Positions 40,801-48,095 of a DNA stretch of 64,000 nucleotides are shown here, piece by piece. Each line of letters begins with the position of its first letter. Positions within the stretch are counted from its first letter, which is position 1. Both the position numbers and the translations under genes were made by a program. The notes below the pieces were generated by a model. The model ran no database searches, was not told where the DNA came from, and saw nothing but the letters and a program-made list of their open reading frames with translations. The stretch comes from Corynebacterium sp. (GTDB lineage: Bacteria > Actinomycetota > Actinomycetes > Mycobacteriales > Mycobacteriaceae): NCBI RefSeq assembly GCF_030538285.1, contig NZ_JAUNUG010000006.1:1964-65963 (forward strand). The letters run 5' to 3'.

Positions 40801-41754
40801 ATGCGCTTGTCCCTCCTCGACCGTGCCAACGCCCTCGCCGGCGCGAGTGATGCCGCGACCCTGCAGCGGGTGGTGGATCACGCGCGCGAGGTGGAGGAGC
40901 TCGGCTTCACCCGTTTCCTCGTCGCCGAACACCACGCGGTCCCCGGTCTGCCGGGATCGCAGCCGGGCATGCTGGCGGTGGCGTGCGGCGCGGCCACGGA
41001 ACGCATCCGCATCGGCACCGCGGGCATCATGCTGCCCGACCACCAACCCCTCATCGTCGCCGAGCAGATCGCCACGTTGGAGGCGCTCTACCCCCAGCGT
41101 ATCGACGCCGGCATCGGCTCCTCCCTCGGTTTCACCGCCCCCGTCCGCGCGGCCCTGCGCCAGGGCGATGTCACCGAGCTTAAGGCCCGCTACCCGGATG
41201 ACCTGCGCGAACTACTCGGCTACCTCGATGTTTCGGCGGACGTCACCGCGCGCCCGCGCAGCGCCGGGGCGCCGGTGTGGCTGCTCGCGGGCTTCCGCTC
41301 CGCACTGCTGGCGGCCGAACTCGGCCTCGGCGTCATCCTCGGCGGCCCCAACCAGGTCGACGCCGCGCGGCTCTACCGGGAGAATTTCCGTCCCGGGCGT
41401 ATCGACGCCCCGGCCGTCATCCTCTCCGCCAACGTCGCCGTCGCAGCCTCGCGGGAGGCCGCCCGCGACCTCCTCCTGCCAGAGGCCTGGGCGCAGGCGC
41501 GCGCACGCAGCACCGGGACTTTCGGCCCGTTGCTCCCCCTCGCCGAACTGCCGGAACCTACCGCCCAAGAACGGCGCCGCATGGAGCAGACCCTGTCTTT
41601 GGCGATATACGGGACGCCGGGGGACGTCGATAAGCAATTTCAGCAGCTTCTCGACGCCGCCGGCACGCAGGAACTCCTCATCACCGGCGGCATGAGTGAC
41701 CTGGAGGGGCGCGCGCGATCGGAGCGTTACCTGGCGGAGATGCTCAGCGGATGA
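40801..41754 (+). CDS. Luciferase-like (LLM) flavin monooxygenase, MsnO8-like
   Basis: MRLSLLD, FLVAEHH, RIGTAGIML, RIDAGIG. Confidence 0.85.
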   Translation: MRLSLLDRANALAGASDAATLQRVVDHAREVEELGFTRFLVAEHHAVPGLPGSQPGMLAVACGAATERIRIGTAGIMLPDHQPLIVAEQIATLEALYPQRIDAGIGSSLGFTAPVRAALRQGDVTELKARYPDDLRELLGYLDVSADVTARPRSAGAPVWLLAGFRSALLAAELGLGVILGGPNQVDAARLYRENFRPGRIDAPAVILSANVAVAASREAARDLLLPEAWAQARARSTGTFGPLLPLAELPEPTAQERRRMEQTLSLAIYGTPGDVDKQFQQLLDAAGTQELLITGGMSDLEGRARSERYLAEMLSG

Positions 41755-42655
41755 GGTGCTGCTTGCTGGCGTGGAACGTCGGTTTCAGTGTGGCGTAGTC
41801 GCGCTCCGGGGTCCACTCGTCGCCGCGCATGGTGGCGGCCAAGAAATCGGCCACCGCGTGGAGCACCGGTGGCTCGCAGGTGGGGCAGGAGTTGACCTCA
41901 TAGACCACGAGCTCACCGGTGGCGGTGTTCTCCCCGATGTCGATCCCGCCGATGAGCGTGCCCGCCGCGCGGGAGGCGCGGGCCGCCAGGTCGGCGATCT
42001 CCGGGGTGAGCGGGCACGGGGCGATGGTGCCGCCCGCGCGGACGTTGGTGATCCACTTCCCCTCCGGCGCGTAGCGGTACATGGCGAACACGGGCGCATG
42101 GTTGACGGTGTAGACGCGGATGTCCCGGCCCGGGTTCTCGATGTAGGGGACCACGTAGTACTCGCCGTCGGGAAGCTGGTCGACGTCCGTGACTTTGCGC
42201 AGGCCCCGTCCCCCGAACCCGGACAATGGCTTGGACACCAAGGGGCCGTCGATCTCCGCGGCCCAGTCACGCAGCGCGGCGCGGTCCCACCCGGTGATGA
42301 CGGGATAGCGCAGGACCCCGGCGGCGAGGAGCTGCGAGCTGTCGAGGAAGGTGTGCTGTGTCCGGAACAGGGTGAGGGCATCATTGATCACGCGCACCCC
42401 GAGGCGCTGAAGCAGGTCGAGTTGGGCCATGCTCGGTAGGAGAAGGTCACCTAGCACCCAGCCGAGGACCAGGTCGGGGCGCAGCTGCTCCCCGCCAACT
42501 GTCAGGCGGGCGCGTGCGCCTTCGAGGCGGATGACCAGCTCGTGGGGGTGCACGCGCCGAACCGCGATCCCGCGTTCTCGCAGGAGGGGAAAGAGCACCG
42601 AGTGGTCTTCGGCGTCGGTGTCGTCGGCGAGGACGACGAGGAGAGGCTGTGACAT
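41744..42655 (-). CDS. RimK-family ATP-grasp ligase
   Basis: KPLSGFGGRG, RDIRV, WITNVRAGG, GGIDI, YEVNSCP. Confidence 0.85.
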   Translation of the reverse strand: MSQPLLVVLADDTDAEDHSVLFPLLRERGIAVRRVHPHELVIRLEGARARLTVGGEQLRPDLVLGWVLGDLLLPSMAQLDLLQRLGVRVINDALTLFRTQHTFLDSSQLLAAGVLRYPVITGWDRAALRDWAAEIDGPLVSKPLSGFGGRGLRKVTDVDQLPDGEYYVVPYIENPGRDIRVYTVNHAPVFAMYRYAPEGKWITNVRAGGTIAPCPLTPEIADLAARASRAAGTLIGGIDIGENTATGELVVYEVNSCPTCEPPVLHAVADFLAATMRGDEWTPERDYATLKPTFHASKQHLIR

Positions 42656-42708
42656 GGCGACCGCCTTATGTATCGATATCGCCAAACTACCTGAATTACA
42701 GTGGCCGC

Positions 42709-43884
42709 ATGGATAGATCGTCGATGTCGGCCGTCCTCGGCGCCCTCGCCCTCGTCGCGGGGCTGGCGGCCCTCGCCTGGCCCGGGCTTGACCTGCCACA
42801 ACGCGTCGGTGGTGGGCTGCTTGTCGCGCTCGGTGCGGCGGCGGTGGTGTGGGCGGTGGCACGAAGCCGGCGGGTGCGCACCCTGCTCGTCGCGGCCGTG
42901 CCCGCGGTGCTGCTCACGGGTGTGCTCGTCGTGGTGATGACTCCGTTTCCGGAGGGCGGAGTCGTGGCGAAGCGGAGCGGGGCCATCGCCGCCGACCCGG
43001 TGGACAGCCTCGACGAGCTGCACGCCCAGGCTCTCGACATCGCCGACCAGCTGGCCGCAGGCGGATCCGCCCAACTCATCTGGATGAACCTGTTCACTGA
43101 CCTCTCCGCGGGCAGCTACATCGATGTCGCCGACAACCAGGGCGGGAAGTTCCGTGCCCGCCTGGAAACCCGCCCCCAGCGCGAATGGCAGTGGGAACGG
43201 ACAGCGCTCGAACACGCCCCCGCCACCTTCGACGGCCACCAGGTCACGTTCTCCTATGACCAGGTCACCGAGGAACTCACCGCCGCCGCCCAGGGCATCG
43301 GCACCACACCGGACTTTGAGTCAGTGTGGCTCTACCCCGGGCACTCCGACCAGCAGCCGCTCGAGGCAGCCAACCCGCAGGCGCTGCCCGTCGCGCAGTT
43401 CAATTCCCGCGCCCGCGGCCGCGACCTGCGTCTCCAGGTGCTTGCCGACGGCACCCTGCCCGACACCTACTTCGACGTCACCGACATGGGCGCCGCCCGC
43501 GAGCAGATCATCAACGCCCTCATACTCGATGACCGCCGCCCCTTAACAGCCGAGTTCCAGATCCTCTCCGCCCGCAGCGCCACCCAGCTCATCCACGGTC
43601 CCGTCATCGACAACCGCCCCCTGGAGGGCGGTGTCGAGTTCCGCGGCACCGTCGACGGCGACTACCTCCAGGTCGCGGTAGGCATCGGGCAATTCCCCAC
43701 CATCGAACCCCGCACCCCCGACGACCAGCTCGGATTCCACCCCCTGGCGGACATCCCGGTGGACCAGGACCTGGTGCCCGCGAGCGATCACCCCATCGCC
43801 TGGCAGATCCGCGCCGAGCACTCGGGAGTGGTCCTGCGCGCCCTCGACGGCCCCCACGCCGCCGAGCAGCGCCGCGAACTCTAG
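42709..43884 (+). CDS. Hypothetical protein: three N-terminal membrane helices plus soluble domain
   Basis: Long GC3-rich ORF; TACAGT -10 just upstream. Confidence 0.7.
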   Translation: MDRSSMSAVLGALALVAGLAALAWPGLDLPQRVGGGLLVALGAAAVVWAVARSRRVRTLLVAAVPAVLLTGVLVVVMTPFPEGGVVAKRSGAIAADPVDSLDELHAQALDIADQLAAGGSAQLIWMNLFTDLSAGSYIDVADNQGGKFRARLETRPQREWQWERTALEHAPATFDGHQVTFSYDQVTEELTAAAQGIGTTPDFESVWLYPGHSDQQPLEAANPQALPVAQFNSRARGRDLRLQVLADGTLPDTYFDVTDMGAAREQIINALILDDRRPLTAEFQILSARSATQLIHGPVIDNRPLEGGVEFRGTVDGDYLQVAVGIGQFPTIEPRTPDDQLGFHPLADIPVDQDLVPASDHPIAWQIRAEHSGVVLRALDGPHAAEQRREL

Positions 43885-44510
43885 GTCAATTCCCCGCGCT
43901 GCAGCGATTCGAGTTTTTCGACGGCGGGGAGGGAAGAGGGGAGGAGGCCGGCGTCGATAAGCGAACGCACCGTCTCCAGGGCCCGGCGGTAGTACGTCGC
44001 CCGCTCCTGCTCTGTCGCCGCGCCCTGGGCGTGCCGGTAGAGCTTGAGGCCGGTCTCGGCCTCGGTGCGACGCGACTCTGCCAGCGCCGAGGTACCGGTC
44101 GAACGTGCATAACGCTGCGCGCCCGCCCACGCCATCCGCAGCTCCTCGACGGCGTCCGGGTAGTCCGCGGCAGTGGCCTGCCCGGCTGCTGCCAGCGCAT
44201 CGAAGTAGCGGTGCACCTCCGGCCGAGAACGGTCCCACAGGCCGGGGAAGCGCAGCAGCATTTCCGGGTCGAGCTCCCACCGGGAGTACTCGTCGAGCAC
44301 CTGACGGTGGTGTTCCTCAGCCACCTCGAACTCACTCGGGACGGTCGCGTCTTCAGGGGAGCGGGTGAGCAACAGCACAGCCGCACTGATGCCGAGCAAC
44401 GAGACGAGAACGCCGATGAGCAGCCCGACGCCACCCCCGACCGCCCAGGCCAACCACACAGCGAGAACCTGCGACGCGATCGTCACGATGATGGCCGGCC
44501 GGATGTTCAT
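43881..44510 (-). CDS. Hypothetical membrane-anchored protein
   Basis: Two N-terminal helices; TACCCT -10 seven nt before ATG. Confidence 0.7.
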   Translation of the reverse strand: MNIRPAIIVTIASQVLAVWLAWAVGGGVGLLIGVLVSLLGISAAVLLLTRSPEDATVPSEFEVAEEHHRQVLDEYSRWELDPEMLLRFPGLWDRSRPEVHRYFDALAAAGQATAADYPDAVEELRMAWAGAQRYARSTGTSALAESRRTEAETGLKLYRHAQGAATEQERATYYRRALETVRSLIDAGLLPSSLPAVEKLESLQRGELT

Positions 44511-44554
44511 GGTGGCTAGGGTAGCAGCGGGTTTTGCTATGGTGGCCCTCACGT

Positions 44555-44660
44555 GACACGGGGTGCTGCCGAGCAGTGCAGCTGAGAACACACCCGTCGA
44601 ACCTGATCCAGTTAACACTGGCGAAGGGAATGTCTCTCCTTCGCCTTTTCCTGTGAAAGG
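44555..44660 (+). ncRNA. TPP riboswitch with RBS-sequestering hairpin
   Basis: GGGGTGC...GCTGAGA...ACCCGTCGAACCTGATCCAGTTAACACTGGCGAAGGGA; downstream GCCTTT..AAAGGC pairs the GAAAGG RBS. Confidence 0.93.
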
Positions 44661-44667
44661 CACCCAC

Positions 44668-45444
44668 ATGAGCATTGCTCCCACCCCCATCAATGAGCAG
44701 ATTGTCCTGGTCACCGGCGGCGCCCGCGGCCTCGGCAAGGCAGTCACCGAGGCGTTCCTGCGCGAAGGCGCGAAGGTGGTCATCAACTACTTCTCTTCCG
44801 GGCAGGCCGCACAGGAGATCGCGGATAAGTACCCCGGTCAGGCCGTGGCCATCCAGGCGGATGTCCGCGAGCGCACCCAGGTTGACGCCCTGTTCACCCA
44901 GGCCAGGGAGCTTTTCGACGCCCCCGTCACCACCGTCGTTTCCAACGCCCTGATTGATTTCTCCTTCGACGGCGATGCCCGCCCCAAGGCCGAGGAGATC
45001 GTCTACGAGCGTTTCGAGTCCCAGTTCGCCGGCGCCATCCAGGGCACCCTCAACGTCACCCAGGCAGCCCTGCCGGGCTTCGACGAGTTCGGCTCGGGCC
45101 GTGTCATCACCATCGGCACCAACCTCTTCCAGTACCCGGTCGTGCCCTACCACGACTACACCGCCGCCAAGGCCGCCCTCCTTTCCCTCACCCGCACCCT
45201 GGCCGCTGACTTGGGCCCGCGCGGCGTGAGCGTCAACATGCTCTCCGGCGGCCTGCTGCGCAAGACCGACGCCTCCGCCGCCACCCCGGACGAAGTCTTC
45301 GACTTCATCGCGCAGGGGACCCCGCTGCAGTCCGTGACCACCCCCGAGGAGTTCGCCGACGCGATCCTGTTCTTCGCCTCCCCGTGGGCACGCTCGGTCA
45401 CCGGGCAGAACCTGGTCGTCGACGGCGGGCTGGTCAAGGACTAG
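44668..45444 (+). CDS. TPP-regulated SDR (3-oxoacyl-ACP-reductase-like, OarX type)
   Basis: VTGGARGLG, YTAAK; directly behind the TPP riboswitch. Confidence 0.85.
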   Translation: MSIAPTPINEQIVLVTGGARGLGKAVTEAFLREGAKVVINYFSSGQAAQEIADKYPGQAVAIQADVRERTQVDALFTQARELFDAPVTTVVSNALIDFSFDGDARPKAEEIVYERFESQFAGAIQGTLNVTQAALPGFDEFGSGRVITIGTNLFQYPVVPYHDYTAAKAALLSLTRTLAADLGPRGVSVNMLSGGLLRKTDASAATPDEVFDFIAQGTPLQSVTTPEEFADAILFFASPWARSVTGQNLVVDGGLVKD

Positions 45445-45447
45445 TTC

Positions 45448-46719
45448 ATGCACATCAACCTCTTCGCTTTCGCGGCCGGGCACCACACCTCCGCGTGGCG
45501 CGCACCCGATTCCTCGGTGGGCCGCCTCGGCGACATCACCTATTGGGAGGAACTCGCGCAGATCGCCGAGCGCGGCAAGCTCGATGCCTTCTTCCTCGCC
45601 GACGGCCAGTCGGCCGCTATCGGAGGCGTCGGCGGTGGCCCCGCCTGGTTCCTCGAACCCGTCACCACGTTGACCGCCCTGGCGCGCGCCACCTCGCGGA
45701 TCGGGCTGGTCACCACCATTTCCGCGACTTTCTGGCCGCCCTTCCACGCCGCCCGCCTCATGGCCAGCCTGGACCACATCTCTGGCGGGCGCGCCGGGAT
45801 CAACGTGGTCACCTCCATGGGCGATGACGAGGCCCGCAACCACGGCATGGATGCGCTCCCGCCGCACGCCGAGCGCTACGCACGCGCTGAGGAATTCACC
45901 CAGGTCATCGGCGAATTGTGGGATTCGTTTCCGGCCGATGCCGTGGTGTGCGACGAGTCCTGGGTCGATGCTTCCCGCTTATCGACGCCCGCCCACTCCG
46001 GCGAGTTCTTCAAAGTTGCGGGCCCGTTGAACATCCCCGTTGGCCCGCAGGGGCGCCCGGTGCTGTTCCAGGCCGGGGCCTCCGAACCGGGCCGCGACCT
46101 GGCGGCGAAGTATGCCGAGGGTATCTACGCCGTGGCTTGGGATCTGGAGATGGCACAGGAATATCGCCTTGATGTGCGGCGTCGGGCTGAGTCGCTGGGG
46201 CGGGATCCCGATTCGATTGTGGTCATGCCGGGCCTGGTCACCTATGTCGGCCGCACCGAGGAGGAGGCCCGCGAGAAGCAGCGCGCTATGAATGAGCTGC
46301 TGCCGGTGGCCGATGCGCTGCGGGGGCTGGAGTACTTCATCCAACAGGACACCTCCAGCTGGGAGTTGGACGCCCCGGTGCCCCCGCTGCCTCCGCTCGA
46401 TGAGTTCACCGGGCCCAAGGGACGCTATGCCACCATCCTGCGGATCATCGAGTCGAGGCAGCCCACCGTGCGGGAGCTGCTTGGCTACCTCGCGGCCGGC
46501 GGCGGGCACGCCACCTTCGTGGGCACGCCCGAGCAGATCGCCGACGAGATGCAGCGCTGGGTTGATGAGGGAGGTGCCGACGGCTTCAACCTCATGCCGC
46601 CCTCCCTGCCCGCGGGTATCGAGGACTTCGTTGACCTCGTCATCCCCGTCCTCCAGGAGCGCGGGGTGTTCCGTACCGAGTACTCCGGAACGACCCTGCG
46701 GGAGCACCTGGGGGAATAG
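45448..46719 (+). CDS. NtaA/DszA-family FMN-dependent monooxygenase
   Basis: AERGKLDAFFLAD, SLDHISGGRAGINVVTS, QAGASEPGRDLAAKYAE, DGFNL. Confidence 0.9.
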   Translation: MHINLFAFAAGHHTSAWRAPDSSVGRLGDITYWEELAQIAERGKLDAFFLADGQSAAIGGVGGGPAWFLEPVTTLTALARATSRIGLVTTISATFWPPFHAARLMASLDHISGGRAGINVVTSMGDDEARNHGMDALPPHAERYARAEEFTQVIGELWDSFPADAVVCDESWVDASRLSTPAHSGEFFKVAGPLNIPVGPQGRPVLFQAGASEPGRDLAAKYAEGIYAVAWDLEMAQEYRLDVRRRAESLGRDPDSIVVMPGLVTYVGRTEEEAREKQRAMNELLPVADALRGLEYFIQQDTSSWELDAPVPPLPPLDEFTGPKGRYATILRIIESRQPTVRELLGYLAAGGGHATFVGTPEQIADEMQRWVDEGGADGFNLMPPSLPAGIEDFVDLVIPVLQERGVFRTEYSGTTLREHLGE

Positions 46720-46725
46720 CCGCGG

Positions 46726-47907
46726 CTAACCCTCCAGCAGCAGCGCCTCGCCCTGGCCACCGCCCCCGCACAGGGCGACGCCGACACGTGTGGCCTGCCC
46801 CGTGGAGAGCAGGTGTGCGACGTGTACGACCAGGCGGGCACCGGAAGCACCGATGGGGTGGCCGAGCGCGATGGCGCCGCCGTGTGGGTTGACCACCGTG
46901 GGGTCCACACCCAGCTGCTGCGTGGAGACGAGGCCGACGGCGGCGAAGGCCTCGTTGATCTCCACCACATCAAGATCCGCGGCCGCCCATTCCTGTCGTT
47001 CCAGGGCCTGGGCCAGCGCGTTCGCCGGCTGGGCCTGCAGGGAGCTGTCCGGGCCGGCGACCTGGCCTACGGCCCGCACGGTCGCCAGCACTTCCCATCC
47101 CTGCTCCTGGGCTAGCTCGCGGGTGGTGAGGATGACCGCCGCCGCGCCATCGGAAATCGGGGAAGAGTTCCCCGCGGTGATGGAGCCGTCCTTGCTGAAC
47201 GCCGGGCGCAGACCCGCCAGGCTCTCCGCGGTGGAATCGGGGCGGACCCCCTCATCGCGTTCCACGGTGGTCTCCCCCTTGCGCCCGGAAATGGTCACCG
47301 GCACCACCTCGGCGGCAAACAGGCCCTCATCCCAAGCGGCGGCGGCCCGCTGGTGGGAGGCAGCGGCGAACCCATCCTGGGCTTGCCGGCTCACGGGGAA
47401 AGCCCCGCCATAGCCCTCGGTCATCGTGCCCATGGACTCACCGCTCTCGGCATCCGTCAGACCGTCGTGAGCCATGTGATCAACCAGGGCGGCGGGGCCG
47501 AAACGATGCCCCTGGCGGCTCCCGGGCAGCAGGTGCGGAGCATTCGACATCGACTCCATGCCACCCGCGACGACGACCCGGGCCTCGCCGGAACGGAGGA
47601 GACGGGCGGCGTCGATAATCGCGCTCAAGCCGGACAGGCACACCTTATTCAGCGTCATTGCGTGGGCATTCACCGGCAGGCCCGCCTGCAAGGCGGCCTG
47701 CCGGGCCGGGTTTTGGCCGGCGCCGGCTTGGAGGACGTGGCCGATGAGGGCGGCGTCGATAAGCGAAGGATCAACGCCGGACCTCTCCAGCGCACCCCGG
47801 ATCGCGGTGGCGCCGAGATCAACGGCGGACATTGGGGCCAGCCCGCCGAGGAAACGGCCGAAAGGCGTGCGCGCGGCGCCGACGATGACGATATCGGTGG
47901 TAGACAT
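46726..47907 (-). CDS. Acetyl-CoA C-acyltransferase (thiolase)
   Basis: NKVCLSG, EINEAFA, GHPIGASG, LCGGGGQG. Confidence 0.93.
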   Translation of the reverse strand: MSTTDIVIVGAARTPFGRFLGGLAPMSAVDLGATAIRGALERSGVDPSLIDAALIGHVLQAGAGQNPARQAALQAGLPVNAHAMTLNKVCLSGLSAIIDAARLLRSGEARVVVAGGMESMSNAPHLLPGSRQGHRFGPAALVDHMAHDGLTDAESGESMGTMTEGYGGAFPVSRQAQDGFAAASHQRAAAAWDEGLFAAEVVPVTISGRKGETTVERDEGVRPDSTAESLAGLRPAFSKDGSITAGNSSPISDGAAAVILTTRELAQEQGWEVLATVRAVGQVAGPDSSLQAQPANALAQALERQEWAAADLDVVEINEAFAAVGLVSTQQLGVDPTVVNPHGGAIALGHPIGASGARLVVHVAHLLSTGQATRVGVALCGGGGQGEALLLEG

Positions 47908-47977
47908 TCTCACTCCTTGGGTTTGTTGTCTACCCAGGATGACTGATGGGCGCTAGCTTGTGCAGATTCTTGACAAA

Positions 47978-47993
47978 AGTGACGGCAGTCACT
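47978..47993. promoter_or_regulatory. CRP/GlxR-type site upstream of thiolase
   Basis: AGTGA-CGGCAG-TCACT versus TGTGA-N6-TCACA. Confidence 0.5.
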
Positions 47994-48095
47994 TCCGGGA
48001 GGGGTCAAGGTCCGGGGGACTTGCCTAGCGGAAATGTACAGGTCCTCGCCTAGAATCGAGGAAAGTTGTTCTCATTGATCCGAGGTGTTGTCGAG

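Noticed and set aside
41744-42720. Graspetide (RiPP) cluster around the ATP-grasp gene
   Set aside because: No precursor peptide with repeated core motifs, transporter or protease nearby.
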